Below, one piece after another: positions 47,363 through 57,570 of a DNA stretch of 64,000 nt (its first letter is position 1; each line of letters opens with the position of its first letter). The stretch comes from Bacteroidetes bacterium GWE2_42_24. GTDB lineage: Bacteria; Bacteroidota; Bacteroidia; Bacteroidales; TTA-H9. A program made the translations under genes and the position numbers. The notes under the pieces were generated by a model, which worked only from the letters and a program-made list of their open reading frames with translations, was not told the DNA's origin and did not search any database. Location: assembly GCA_001768515.1 (NCBI GenBank), contig MEOA01000015.1:6226-70225 (forward strand), written 5' to 3'.

Positions 47363-48636
47363 AATAAGGGCAGGATTGTTTCAAGGTGGTTCCCGTGCGA
47401 TCCTTTAATCAGGATAAGGGCATTGCTGATGGGTGATTCTTCGAGTGCTACAGCCAACGTTTCTGTGTCAGCAAACCAATCGTTGTGCATCCCTTTAAAT
47501 TCGTCCCCTACCAGAAGTACGCGGTCAGGCAACATGGCCAGTACTTTTTCGAGTATCCGGTGATGCTCTTGATCTGATTCATCACCCAGTTCACGCATAC
47601 CACCAAGAATCAGTACCCGTGGCCTGTCGGTTGCGATAGCAGCAAAAACGTCCAGTGCTGCTTCCATGCTCGATGGATTGGCATTGTAGGCATCCATGAC
47701 CACCTGATTGGTTTTGGTGGTGATCCATTGCGACCGGTGATTTGAGGGTGTATAGCTTTCAATTGCTTTTACAACATTTTCGGGCTTAATCCCAAATGTT
47801 AGTCCCACGGCAACTGCAGCCATCACATTGTCGAAATTGTAGTGACCTATAAGTTGCGTTCTGACGGGGTATTCCTGCTCCATGTGAGTGAATGCGAACG
47901 CCAGCTTTGGCCCCTCGTTGAGAATCCGTCCATTGAAGGTCGCGCCGGCTGATGCTCCGTAGGTAATTTGGTTTAAGCCTTCCGCATGTGTGATCAACAG
48001 CGGGTTATCTGTATTTACAAAGGCATTTCCGCGGAAGGCCTTCAGGTGATTGTATAACTCTGTTTTGGCTTTTACCACTCCTTCAAATCCACCAAATCCC
48101 CCCAGATGAGCCCTCCCGATGTTGGTGATAAGTCCATAATCGGGTTCGGCAATGGCGCAGAGTTGGGCAATTTCACCCTGATGATTGGCTCCCATTTCTA
48201 CAACGGCCATCTCATGTTCTGTAGTGACTGAAAGCAATGTTAATGGAACGCCGATGTGGTTGTTCAGGTTTCCACGGGTGTAACAGGTCTTGAAGCGTTG
48301 CGACAGCACTGCCGCTATCAGTTCCTTGGTGGTTGTCTTTCCGTTCGAACCTGTGATTCCGATAAAGGGGATGGAGAGATGCAACCTGTGATAGCGGGCA
48401 AGCTGCTGTAGCTCCGACAGTACATTATCTACCAACAGACACTTGTGGTCGGCTGAATACTGCGGATCATCGACTACTGCACATATTGCACCGGCTTCGA
48501 TTGCCTTCAGTGCATAGCGGTTTCCGTCGAAATTATCTCCACGAAGGGCGAAGAACAATGATCCTGGTGTAACACTACGGGAATCTGTACAGATGACAGG
48601 ATGTTGTTGAAAGAGTTGATAGAGGAGTTCGGTCAT
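47359..48636 (-). CDS. murF: UDP-N-acetylmuramoyl-tripeptide--D-alanyl-D-alanine ligase
   Basis: Start at the ATG at 48636 (MTELLYQLFQQHPVICTDSRSV..). P-loop GITGSNGKTTTKE and the Mur ligase C-terminal domain are present. Confidence 0.9.
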   Translation of the reverse strand: MTELLYQLFQQHPVICTDSRSVTPGSLFFALRGDNFDGNRYALKAIEAGAICAVVDDPQYSADHKCLLVDNVLSELQQLARYHRLHLSIPFIGITGSNGKTTTKELIAAVLSQRFKTCYTRGNLNNHIGVPLTLLSVTTEHEMAVVEMGANHQGEIAQLCAIAEPDYGLITNIGRAHLGGFGGFEGVVKAKTELYNHLKAFRGNAFVNTDNPLLITHAEGLNQITYGASAGATFNGRILNEGPKLAFAFTHMEQEYPVRTQLIGHYNFDNVMAAVAVGLTFGIKPENVVKAIESYTPSNHRSQWITTKTNQVVMDAYNANPSSMEAALDVFAAIATDRPRVLILGGMRELGDESDQEHHRILEKVLAMLPDRVLLVGDEFKGMHNDWFADTETLAVALEESPISNALILIKGSHGNHLETILPLL

Positions 48637-48700
48637 GTTTGATTCAATTGAAGCTATAAAGGTAAAGAATCGCTCTGATAGCCCGATAATCGTTGCAATA

Positions 48701-48730
48701 AAAAATGCCGGAGGATGATCCGGCATTTTT
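48701..48730. terminator. Bidirectional hairpin terminator (serves the NhaD gene on the minus strand)
   Basis: AAAA-ATGCCGGA-ggatga-TCCGGCAT-TTTT. Confidence 0.65.
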
Positions 48731-48797
48731 GTTAAACGGTTTTTATTTCAGAAGGAGGTGGGAAGCGAAGCTTTCAATTTGATGATTTTATGCCCGA

Positions 48798-50510
48798 CTA
48801 ATGTCCTTCCAATGAGCTATCCCATTCAAAGCCTATCCCATTGACGGCGGCAGTATCCTCCTCAAAGAGTTTGCGGTCGCCGGTAAGGTAATAGGTAATG
48901 CCCTGGATTTCCAGTTTCACTTTGTCACCTATTGGTTCAATTTTCATGGAAGCGGGAATCATGTTAATTGATTCGCTTTTCCCTTCTGAACTGCTTATAT
49001 TGTTTTTAACGCCGGTAAACGTCTCGCCATTCTCTGTGAATTCAAAGAAGTGCCTGGTTATCGTGCCTGAGTCTTGTTTGGTGGTAAATTCTACTGATGT
49101 AAGGTAATCCCGGATGGTCTGCCGGTTGGTCATGTCAATTGAACTTATTTGTTGAGGTTCGATATGGAGAATGCCTGATTCTTCCTGAGCAATGTAAACA
49201 AGACCACCCGCAAAATAGCCAATCAAAGCCAGTAGACTCACTTTTTTAAGATACCATATAAAGTCGATCTTTTCCATTCCCATAACGGCTACGCCGGCTG
49301 CCGACCCAATGATCAGGATGCTGCCACCCGTCCCGGCACAATAGGCCAGAAACTCCCAAAAGTAATGGTCTGCAGGAAAACTGCCGGCATACATTCCCAT
49401 AGCACCTGCTACCAACGGGACGTTATCTACGATGCTTGACAATATGCCAATTATAAGATTGATGACATAGAGGTTACCTACATTGTCATTCAGGTAGCCC
49501 GATAACAGGGTCAGGTGCCCGGCGACCTGAAGTGCAGCCACTGCAATTAAAATACCGAGGAAGAACAGGATACTTGGAACATCAATTTTCCGTAAAACCC
49601 CAACGATCGTGAGATGAGCTTTATCTTCATCGTTTTTGGATTTGTGAAGCAATTCAGTGGTCAGCCACAATATCCCGAGTCCAAATAACATGCCCAGATA
49701 AGGGGGAAGGTGGGTAACCGTCTTGAATACAGGAACGAAGAGAAGTAGTCCAATACCCAGGAAGAACAGAAAGTTTCTTTCTAAAGTAGTTGATTGAGTT
49801 CCATGTCCATGCGCCTTATCCGCTTTTGGTCTTGAAACAGTTCCTTTCATGGTAAAGGAAAGGATTGCCAGAGGAACCAGCATACTTACCAGACTGGGGA
49901 GGAAGGTTTTAAGCATAATATTTACAGTGGTCACATGGCCTCCAATCCAAAGCATGATGGTGGTCACATCACCTATCGGGCTCCATGCTCCACCGGCATT
50001 GGCAGCAACGATAACCATCCCGGCATAAAACCAGCGGTCGTGACGGTCAGCAATAAGTTTACGCAACAGTGCAACCATTACAATCGACGTGGTGAGGTTG
50101 TCGAGCGCGGCTGACATGAAAAAGGTGATTATACTGGTCACCCAAAGCAGCTTGACCTTTTTGGTGGTCTTTATCTTGTCGGTGATGATTCTGAAGCCTT
50201 CATGTGAATCAACCAGTTCAACGATAGTCATTGCTCCCATCAGGAAGAAAATAATTTCGCTGACCTCACCCAGATGTTCAAGTAAGGCGTGGTGAGAAAG
50301 CCAATCGGCAAAAGTGCCGCCCGGGACTTCAGAAAGGTATTTTGTAAATGCTTCAGTGCTGACGAGTAATTCTTTTCCGCCAAACATGAGTAAGACCCAA
50401 AGAACCACCGCCAATAACAGAGCAGAGGCTGATTTGTTGACTTTGAGCGGGTGCTCCAGCGCGATAGCTGTATAGCCTAAAATAAAAACCAGGATCATCA
50501 GGTAGAACAT
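48798..50510 (-). CDS. NhaD/ArsB-superfamily Na+/H+ antiporter with a ~125-aa soluble C-terminal extension
   Basis: N-terminus MFYLMILVFILGYTAIALEHPLKVNKSA.. and ~12 TM helices over ~440 aa. A hydrophilic tail follows (..EPQQISSIDMTNRQ...GFEWDSSLEGH). Confidence 0.8.
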   Translation of the reverse strand: MFYLMILVFILGYTAIALEHPLKVNKSASALLLAVVLWVLLMFGGKELLVSTEAFTKYLSEVPGGTFADWLSHHALLEHLGEVSEIIFFLMGAMTIVELVDSHEGFRIITDKIKTTKKVKLLWVTSIITFFMSAALDNLTTSIVMVALLRKLIADRHDRWFYAGMVIVAANAGGAWSPIGDVTTIMLWIGGHVTTVNIMLKTFLPSLVSMLVPLAILSFTMKGTVSRPKADKAHGHGTQSTTLERNFLFFLGIGLLLFVPVFKTVTHLPPYLGMLFGLGILWLTTELLHKSKNDEDKAHLTIVGVLRKIDVPSILFFLGILIAVAALQVAGHLTLLSGYLNDNVGNLYVINLIIGILSSIVDNVPLVAGAMGMYAGSFPADHYFWEFLAYCAGTGGSILIIGSAAGVAVMGMEKIDFIWYLKKVSLLALIGYFAGGLVYIAQEESGILHIEPQQISSIDMTNRQTIRDYLTSVEFTTKQDSGTITRHFFEFTENGETFTGVKNNISSSEGKSESINMIPASMKIEPIGDKVKLEIQGITYYLTGDRKLFEEDTAAVNGIGFEWDSSLEGH

Positions 50511-50675
50511 AAGTAATTTTTTGGAGTGTTTGCCGGCAAAGATAAGGAAACCATTTTACCCGCCAAGGGGTTATAGCCTGATAATTGGCTATGCTCACCT
50601 GAGTTAATTGCGGGTTCAATACAATTCCTTTCCACCAGAAACGTTGTATCTTTTTATAACAAGTTGTATAGTTTT

Positions 50676-51050
50676 ATGAGAACACCCTCAGGCGAAACGA
50701 TTGTTGTGTTAGGAGCCAGCTCTAAACCATTCAGGTATTCTTATGCTGCGGTTAAAGAACTGGCCGGCAATGGCTATCATGTTGTTGCCATCGGTAGCAC
50801 ATCGGGCATGATTGGGGATGTTGAGATCTTCGGGAGCATGTCGCCTGATACAAAGGCGCATACGGCAACCGTTTACCTCAGCCCCGGCCATCAGGATATG
50901 TATGAGCGATGGCTTACGGGTGGTAATGTGAAAAGGATAATTTTCAATCCAGGAACCGAAAACATACCCTTGAGGAAGAAATTGGAGGAAGCAGGTGTTG
51001 AGGTGATCTGGGGTTGTACCCTTGTAATGTTGTCAACCGGAGGTTTTTAA
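50676..51050 (+). CDS. CoA-binding domain protein (YccU/YneT-like)
   Basis: Start at ATG 50676. The motif VVLGASSKPFRYSYAAVKELAGNGYHVVAIG is typical of the CoA_binding_2 family. Confidence 0.75.
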   Translation: MRTPSGETIVVLGASSKPFRYSYAAVKELAGNGYHVVAIGSTSGMIGDVEIFGSMSPDTKAHTATVYLSPGHQDMYERWLTGGNVKRIIFNPGTENIPLRKKLEEAGVEVIWGCTLVMLSTGGF

Positions 51051-51145
51051 TCGCCAAATAAAAGCCGGTTGATGTTCGCGCCGGTAATTTTCATAATTTA
51101 GTGCCCGCTTAGGGTATGGTAACTCAAGCTAATACTTACGGTCAA

Positions 51146-52459
51146 ATGAAGTTTTCGAAAATATCTTTTAAAGCGGCGGTAGTTTGGTTCATTACTGCAT
51201 TGAGCCTGACACAGATCCAAGCTCAACCTGTCATCAAACTCATCAGCGATACTGCCTGTAGTCCCGATACCGTACAAATTTCCATTACCGGCACCAGGGT
51301 AATTGGTGTTAACAGCTTTGAGCTTTTGGTTCATTTTGATGATTCGCGTATGCGGTTCGATAGTGTCTTTTATGCTATGAATTTTCTGGATAGACATTTC
51401 CAGACCGATTTGATATCGTCTTCTGTCGTTAAGCTTACCTGGGATTCTGTCAGAGCCTTAACCATAGGCTCCGAGGCTGTCATGTTTAAACTTCAGTTTA
51501 CGGTGCTTAACCCGGGTAATCCTGCTATCATTTGGGAAGGTACTTCGGCACTTCGTGATGCGGAACAGCAACTGGTTATTTCCGAATTTGTTGATGCCAA
51601 TGTTTTGATTAATTCCAAATATATCAGGTACACCCTGACCCAGATCATGGAGGGATGTGTCAAGGAGAAAAAGGGACGCTATTCTGTCTCGGTAACTTAC
51701 GGATCGCCTCCATTTATATACGACTGGCATGGTGGATTTCTGAATCCTGGTGTTGATACTATTGTGCTGGGACTAAAGGGTGGCCCAAACAAGCTGACGA
51801 TATACGACAGCAAGTGGTGCCGGTTTGATACTACTTTTCAGGTGAAGGTAAAGCCTGCTCCGGCGATCAGGTTATCAACCGAGGAGGCTGTACCTTATGT
51901 GATTGTTCAGAAACCAGATGTTCAATTTTATTCAAACATCGATTCCATTAATCTGATCGATAATTCGATACCCAACTGGCAATGGGATTTCGGCGAACCA
52001 GATAGTTCGAGGTCGGTTGAAACAGATCCCTTGCATACATTCAAGACAGCATTTACTGTTCTGGAGGCTGGTACGACGAGTTATATGATTAAACTCTGGG
52101 CCATCAGCAACGATGGGTGCGACACAAGTGTTTATAAAGAAGTTCAGATAGATAAACCCGAGCCGGAAGTGTTTAATGTATTTACTCCCAATGGTGACGG
52201 ACAAAATGAGTTGTTTACCATTCATGGAAGTAAAAAGGCAGATCTCGAGGAATGGCCTCTCAGTGATTTTTATGATCGGATGGAATTACTGGTGTACGAC
52301 CGTAACGGAAGGAAGGTCTATGAATCGACAGATTATCAAAACGATTGGGATGGCGGCGGTCATGCCGATGGTACTTACTTCTATGTTTTGAAATGTTATG
52401 GCCGATTTGGCGATGAAACCTACCAGGGGTCGCTGATGATTCTTACCGGCGGCAAGTAG
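51146..52459 (+). CDS. Secreted protein with T9SS type B C-terminal sorting domain (gliding-motility-associated CTD)
   Basis: Start at ATG 51146 with a signal peptide. It has a PKD-like segment (WQWDFGEPDS). The C-terminus VFNVFTPNGDGQNELFTIHG...YDRNGRKVYES..WDG...DGTYFYVL matches the type B CTD. Confidence 0.85.
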   Translation: MKFSKISFKAAVVWFITALSLTQIQAQPVIKLISDTACSPDTVQISITGTRVIGVNSFELLVHFDDSRMRFDSVFYAMNFLDRHFQTDLISSSVVKLTWDSVRALTIGSEAVMFKLQFTVLNPGNPAIIWEGTSALRDAEQQLVISEFVDANVLINSKYIRYTLTQIMEGCVKEKKGRYSVSVTYGSPPFIYDWHGGFLNPGVDTIVLGLKGGPNKLTIYDSKWCRFDTTFQVKVKPAPAIRLSTEEAVPYVIVQKPDVQFYSNIDSINLIDNSIPNWQWDFGEPDSSRSVETDPLHTFKTAFTVLEAGTTSYMIKLWAISNDGCDTSVYKEVQIDKPEPEVFNVFTPNGDGQNELFTIHGSKKADLEEWPLSDFYDRMELLVYDRNGRKVYESTDYQNDWDGGGHADGTYFYVLKCYGRFGDETYQGSLMILTGGK

Positions 52460-52549
52460 TATTTATTGTTAAATGTATTATAAGATTCAGGGTGGTTTCT
52501 GCAGTGCAGGAGTCCCCCTTTTTTAATGCTGCTTTCAGAGGTCATTTAC

Positions 52550-52557
52550 TACCTTTG
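52550..52557 (+). promoter_or_regulatory. -7 promoter box TACCTTTG upstream of mnmH
   Basis: Exact TAnnTTTG match 17 nt upstream of the ATG at 52575. Confidence 0.4.
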
Positions 52558-52574
52558 CAGGAGATTATAGACCC

Positions 52575-53594
52575 ATGCCAAACGAACCATTGCCAGTCAT
52601 CACTTTTCTTAAGGCATCTGCCAATAATCCTTTAGTGGATGTACGGGCGCCGCAGGAGTTTCTGCGGGGACACATCCCGGGGGCAATCAATATTCCAATT
52701 TTCAGCGATGAACAACGGGCCAGGGTTGGCACCGAATATGCCCGTAAAGGGCAACAAGCTGCCATTTTGTTAGGATTGGATTTAATTGGACCTGAGTTGA
52801 CTCTTCGATGCCGGCAACTGATGAAACATGCTCCTGCCGGATCAATTGTCAGTCTTTACTGCTGGCGGGGTGGTCTGCGGAGCGCTGCCATGGAATGGTT
52901 GTTTAACCTGATTGGGTATTCCACCAATCGACTGCAAGGGGGTTACAAGGCTTTCAGACTTGAAGTTCAGGGATCATTCGGACTTGCATATAACCTCAGG
53001 GTGATAGCAGGCCCTACAGGTTCAGGTAAGACAGAGATACTCCGGCATATGAGTGTGCTTGGTGCTCAGGTGCTTGATCTTGAAGCGCTGGCCAACCATC
53101 GTGGTTCTGTTTTCGGTGGTTTGGGTATGGAACCCCAGCCTGGTACCGAGCATTTCGAGAACCTGCTTTATTACAGGTTATCAACCTTTAACAGAGATCA
53201 GGTTATTTGGGTTGAAGATGAGAGCCTTTCCATCGGCAACTGTTTTATTCCAAGAGAATTCTATAATCAGATGCAACAGGTCCGAACCTATGTGACAGGT
53301 GCTTCAAGGACTGAAAGGGTTGAAAGACTGGTCGGGATGTACGGATCTATAGACATAATCCTGTTGAAAGAGGCACTGGTTAAAATTGGGAAAAGGCTTG
53401 GTGGTGATAAGCTAAAGATCGCGCTTGAGGCATTGGCTGTTGGTGATCTGCATGAGGTTGCGCGGCTTTCGCTTGATTATTACGATAAAACCTATGCGGG
53501 AGGCTTATCCGCACGAAATCCAGAAAGTGTTGTTTATATCACACCTTCAGCTCAGGATACTGCTGCGATAGCCCGTCACCTCCTAGCGCTGTAA
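52575..53594 (+). CDS. mnmH: tRNA 2-selenouridine synthase
   Basis: Rhodanese domain with active-site loop YCWRGGLRS, followed by P-loop AGPTGSGKTE. 339 aa. Confidence 0.85.
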   Translation: MPNEPLPVITFLKASANNPLVDVRAPQEFLRGHIPGAINIPIFSDEQRARVGTEYARKGQQAAILLGLDLIGPELTLRCRQLMKHAPAGSIVSLYCWRGGLRSAAMEWLFNLIGYSTNRLQGGYKAFRLEVQGSFGLAYNLRVIAGPTGSGKTEILRHMSVLGAQVLDLEALANHRGSVFGGLGMEPQPGTEHFENLLYYRLSTFNRDQVIWVEDESLSIGNCFIPREFYNQMQQVRTYVTGASRTERVERLVGMYGSIDIILLKEALVKIGKRLGGDKLKIALEALAVGDLHEVARLSLDYYDKTYAGGLSARNPESVVYITPSAQDTAAIARHLLAL

Positions 53595-54248
53595 TGAATC
53601 TTTCTCTTTGTTGGTTTCTGCGGCAAAATGCCTGCACAAGGCACTGATGCCGCATTCGTTACATTTAGGCTTTCTGGCCTGACAAACATACCTGCCATGC
53701 AATATGAGCCAGTGGTGGGCTTTGGGAATCAATTCCGCGGGGATGTGTTTTACCAGTTGCCTCTCTGTTTCGAGCGGTGTTTTAGCACCACGGGTTAATC
53801 CGATACGCGCCGAAACCCTGAAAACATGAGTATCGACTGCCATAGCTGGCTTGTTGAATACCACCGATGCGATCACATTTGCTGTTTTGCGTCCGACGCC
53901 CGGAAGCTGCGTCAATTCTTCAATTGTCGGGGGGACAATTCCATTGAATTTTTCGGTAAGCATTTTGCCCATACCCAGCAAGTTCACTGCTTTGTTATTT
54001 GGATAGGAGCATGATTTGATCAGGTTAAAAACTTCTTCCTGTGTGGCTTTTGCCAATTTTTCTGCGTTGGGGAACTGTTTGAAAAATGCCGGTGTAATGA
54101 TGTTTACCCGTTTGTCGGTACATTGAGCCGAAAGGATCACTGCCACAAGCAACTGAAAGGGGTCGTGATACTGTAACTCCGTTTCGGGTTGTGGCATGTG
54201 ATGGCTGAACCAGTCGATGATGTTGTTGTAGCGTTCTGAGATCGTCAT
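53583..54248 (-). CDS. nth: Endonuclease III (DNA glycosylase/AP lyase)
   Basis: HhH motif LPGVGRKTANV, VDTHVFRVSARIGL, and the 4Fe-4S loop CQARKPKCNECGISALC. Confidence 0.9.
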   Translation of the reverse strand: MTISERYNNIIDWFSHHMPQPETELQYHDPFQLLVAVILSAQCTDKRVNIITPAFFKQFPNAEKLAKATQEEVFNLIKSCSYPNNKAVNLLGMGKMLTEKFNGIVPPTIEELTQLPGVGRKTANVIASVVFNKPAMAVDTHVFRVSARIGLTRGAKTPLETERQLVKHIPAELIPKAHHWLILHGRYVCQARKPKCNECGISALCRHFAAETNKEKDSLQR

Positions 54249-54284
54249 GCATTCTATAGATTATGGAGCGAAGTTATACAAAAA

Positions 54285-54319
54285 GAAAAAAAGGCCTCCG
54301 CATGACGGAGGCCTTTTTG
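54285..54319. terminator. Strong bidirectional terminator after the thrS-infC-rpmI-rplT operon
   Basis: AAAAAAA-AGGCCTCCG-catga-CGGAGGCCT-TTTTT, a 9-bp GC-rich stem. Confidence 0.8.
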
Positions 54320-54337
54320 ATACGTATTAGCAAAAGG

Positions 54338-54682
54338 CTATTTTACTTTATCAACAACGGCCTTGAATGCTTCAGGGTTGTTCATGGCGATGTCGGCCAA
54401 TACCTTACGGTTGAGTTCGATTCCTGCATCATGGAGTTTTCCCATGAAAACGGAATACGACATTCCGAACTGACGAACACCTGCGTTGATACGGGTGATC
54501 CACAGTGCGCGGAAACTTCTCTTTTTGGCTTTACGGTCGCGGTAAGCGTACTGCTGACCTTTTTCCCATGAGTTTTTGGCTACCGTCCAAACGTTTTTAC
54601 GACGACCAAACTGTCCCCTGGTGAGGCTAAGGATTTTTTTGCGGCGTGCCCTTGAGGCTACTGCATTTACTGATCTTGGCAT
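54338..54682 (-). CDS. rplT: 50S ribosomal protein L20
   Basis: [18 protein letters not shown]...; 114 aa. Confidence 0.95.
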   Translation of the reverse strand: MPRSVNAVASRARRKKILSLTRGQFGRRKNVWTVAKNSWEKGQQYAYRDRKAKKRSFRALWITRINAGVRQFGMSYSVFMGKLHDAGIELNRKVLADIAMNNPEAFKAVVDKVK

Positions 54683-54759
54683 AATTCAGTGTTTTTCACT
54701 TCAGCGCCCCGTCTATACGGGATCTTGCATGCTGAAAGTAAGGTTAATAATTTGATTTG

Positions 54760-54954
54760 TTAACAGGCTAACATGCGTTTAACGTTGGCAACATCGGCTT
54801 TCTCAACGATGGCTGAATACGTAAGATTACGTTTCCGCTTGGTTGATTTTTTCGTGAGGATGTGGCTTTTGTAAGCATGAGCCCTCTTGATCTTACCAGT
54901 GCCGGTAAAGGTGAACCTTTTTTTGGCGCTGGATTTGGTCTTCATCTTAGGCAT
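54760..54954 (-). CDS. rpmI: 50S ribosomal protein L35
   Basis: [14 protein letters not shown]..; 64 aa. Confidence 0.95.
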   Translation of the reverse strand: MPKMKTKSSAKKRFTFTGTGKIKRAHAYKSHILTKKSTKRKRNLTYSAIVEKADVANVKRMLAC

Positions 54955-54988
54955 TACTTCGCAGTATTTAAATTAATGGGTTTCATTC

Positions 54989-55558
54989 TTATTTGTCGCT
55001 TTGCTTCTTGGGAGAGAGAATCATAATCATCCTTTTCCCTTCCAGTTTGGGCAGACTTTCAACCTTACCATACTCGGCAAGAGCCTGAGCAAACTTCAGC
55101 ATGATAATCTCGCCTTTATCTTTGTAAACGATGGTACGTCCTCTGAAGAACACTTCCACTTTTACTTTGGCGCCTTCCTGAAGAAAACTTGCTGCATGTT
55201 TGAGTTTGAATTCAAAATCGTGGTCATCGGTATTGGGACCAAGTCTGATCTCTTTTACCACAATTTTGGCCGATTTGGCTTTTAATTCCTTCTGCTTGCG
55301 TTTCATTTCATACAGAAATTTGCTGTAATCGATGAGTTTGCAAACGGGTGGATTAGCAGTAGCGCTGATCTCAACTAAGTCGAGATCCATGCTGCGGGCA
55401 ATGTCAAGTGCCTCTTTTACAGAGACGATCCTTTGCTCGAAATCTTCACCCACAACACGTACCATCGGGGCTTTGATCTTCTCATTTACTTTGTAAGGCT
55501 CTTCTTTTCCCTTTGAGGGAAACCTTGAAGGCCGGTTATTTGGTGCAGCTATTGTAAT
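54989..55558 (-). CDS. infC: Translation initiation factor IF-3, probable non-canonical start (ATT at 55558 or ATA at 55552)
   Basis: The track ORF starts at ATG 55465 (MVRVVGED..). The frame stays open upstream to TAG at 55565-55567. It encodes ..EPYKVNEKIKAP, which completes the conserved IF-3 N-terminal INExI..x.VR motif. No ATG, GTG or TTG exists in that stretch. Confidence 0.8.
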   Translation of the reverse strand: MTIAAPNNRPSRFPSKGKEEPYKVNEKIKAPMVRVVGEDFEQRIVSVKEALDIARSMDLDLVEISATANPPVCKLIDYSKFLYEMKRKQKELKAKSAKIVVKEIRLGPNTDDHDFEFKLKHAASFLQEGAKVKVEVFFRGRTIVYKDKGEIIMLKFAQALAEYGKVESLPKLEGKRMIMILSPKKQSDK

Positions 55559-55635
55559 TTCCTCCTATCAGGTTTGTACAACATTTATTTTTTTTTGGGG
55601 ATTGCAAAGGTATTAAAATTAATGCGTTCGCAATA

Positions 55636-57570
55636 TCAGTTCGTCATTTTTTTTACATCTTCACGAATCATTTCTGCAAATTCAAGTGTCGGGCGACTCC
55701 CCAGGTCTCCTTCTCCCTGTTTACGGACGGAGACATTTCCTTCGGCTTCTTCTTTCTCGCCAACAATAAGCATGAATGGAATACGCTGAAGTTCAGCATC
55801 CCGAATTTTCTTGCCGGTTTTTTCATTGCGCTCGTCTACCAGTGCCCTGACTTCATTTTCTTCAAGAATCTGCTGGACTTTTTTGGCGTAATCGATGAAC
55901 TTCTCACTAATGGGTAAAATCATCACCTGGGTTGGAGTTAACCAAAGCGGGAATTTGCCGGCAGTGTGTTCAAGCAATACGGCAACAAAACGTTCCATTG
56001 AACCGAAAGGAGCACGGTGAATCATGATGGGGCGGTGTTTTTGGTTATCGGCACCGATGTATTCAAGCTCAAAGCGTTCGGGTAAATTATAGTCAACCTG
56101 AATGGTTCCCAATTGCCACTTACGGCCTATCGCGTCGCGTACCATGAAGTCGAGTTTCGGGCCATAAAAGGCTGCCTCTCCTTCGACAATGGTGGCTGTG
56201 AGCCCTTTTTCCTGAACGGCCTCGATGATGGCCCGTTCTGCTTTTTCCCAGTTCTCATCTGACCCGATGTACTTCTCGGTGTTCTTGGCGTCCCTGATTG
56301 AAATCTGTGTAATGAAATTCTCGAAATTGAGTGTCTTAAATATATGCAACACGATGTCAATAACACCGATAAACTCAGTCTTCAATTGATCGGGACGACA
56401 GAAAATATGGGCATCGTCTTGCGTGAAGCTCCTTACCCTGGTTAGTCCGTGTAGTTCTCCACTCTGCTCATAACGGTAAACCGTTCCAAATTCTGCCAGA
56501 CGGATGGGCAGCTCTTTGTAACTATGAGGTTTGTAACTGTAGATTTCGCAATGATGGGGACAATTCATCGGCTTGAGCATGTATTGTTCGCCTTCTACAG
56601 GTGTAGCGATCGGTTGGAACGAGTCCTTTCCATATTTCTGGAAGTGACCCGAGGTTTTGTATAATTCTACATTGCCAATGTGCGGTGTGATAACCTGTTG
56701 GTAACCTGCCTTTTTCTGCACCGATTTCAGGAAGTTTTCAAGTCTTTCTCTCAGGGCCGCTCCTTTAGGAAGCCAGATGGGCAATCCCTGTCCGACTTTC
56801 TGAGAGAAGGTGAAGAGCTCGAGTTCCTTACCCAGCTTACGGTGGTCGCGTTTCTTGGCTTCTTCCAATAAAGCAAGGTGTTCGGTAAGCTGACTAGCCT
56901 TAGGGAAGGTGATGCCGTAGATACGGGTCAGCATCTTGCGCTTTTCATCACCACGCCAGTATGCGCCTGCGGTGGCTAGTAATTTTATGGCCTTAATGCT
57001 TGAAGTATCGGGCAGGTGAGGTCCACGGCAAAGGTCAGTGAACTGTCCTGATTCATAGAAGGAGATGGTTCCATCAGCAAGGTCGCTGATAAGCTCAAGT
57101 TTATACTCATCGCCTTTCTTGTTGAAATATTCGAGTGCTTCGGCTTTCGATACCTCCCGACGAACATACTGTTGTTTTTCGCGGGCAAACTGAAGCATGG
57201 TATCTTCTATTTTTTTGAAATCATCCGATGATATCTGTCGATCGCCAAAGTCAATATCATAATAGAACCCGTTTTCAATATCGGGTCCGATTCCGAATTT
57301 GGTACCGGGATAGAGATGTTCGATGGCTTCGGCCATGAGATGGGCGGATGAATGCCAGAAGGTGGCTTTCCCTTCTTCGTTATCCCATGTGAACAACCTG
57401 ATGTTGGCGTCGGTAGTGATGGGGCGGGTGAGATCCCATGTCGCGTCGTTAACTTTGATGGATAATACATTGCGCGCAAGTCCTTCGCTGATACTACGGG
57501 CGATTTCAAGACCTGTAACGCCTTCGGGGTACTGTCGTACGCTTTTGTCGGGGAGCGTGATGTTAATCAT
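55636..57570 (-). CDS. thrS: Threonine--tRNA ligase
   Basis: 644 aa with TGS, editing, class II core and anticodon-binding regions (..[10 protein letters not shown].., ..[10 protein letters not shown].., ..FYGPKLDF..). Confidence 0.95.
   Translation of the reverse strand: MINITLPDKSVRQYPEGVTGLEIARSISEGLARNVLSIKVNDATWDLTRPITTDANIRLFTWDNEEGKATFWHSSAHLMAEAIEHLYPGTKFGIGPDIENGFYYDIDFGDRQISSDDFKKIEDTMLQFAREKQQYVRREVSKAEALEYFNKKGDEYKLELISDLADGTISFYESGQFTDLCRGPHLPDTSSIKAIKLLATAGAYWRGDEKRKMLTRIYGITFPKASQLTEHLALLEEAKKRDHRKLGKELELFTFSQKVGQGLPIWLPKGAALRERLENFLKSVQKKAGYQQVITPHIGNVELYKTSGHFQKYGKDSFQPIATPVEGEQYMLKPMNCPHHCEIYSYKPHSYKELPIRLAEFGTVYRYEQSGELHGLTRVRSFTQDDAHIFCRPDQLKTEFIGVIDIVLHIFKTLNFENFITQISIRDAKNTEKYIGSDENWEKAERAIIEAVQEKGLTATIVEGEAAFYGPKLDFMVRDAIGRKWQLGTIQVDYNLPERFELEYIGADNQKHRPIMIHRAPFGSMERFVAVLLEHTAGKFPLWLTPTQVMILPISEKFIDYAKKVQQILEENEVRALVDERNEKTGKKIRDAELQRIPFMLIVGEKEEAEGNVSVRKQGEGDLGSRPTLEFAEMIREDVKKMTN

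Noticed and set aside
53583-53594. 12-nt overlap of the convergent mnmH and nth 3' ends as a possible regulatory antisense arrangement.
   Set aside because: Short convergent overlaps are common in compact genomes, and nothing else supports a special function.
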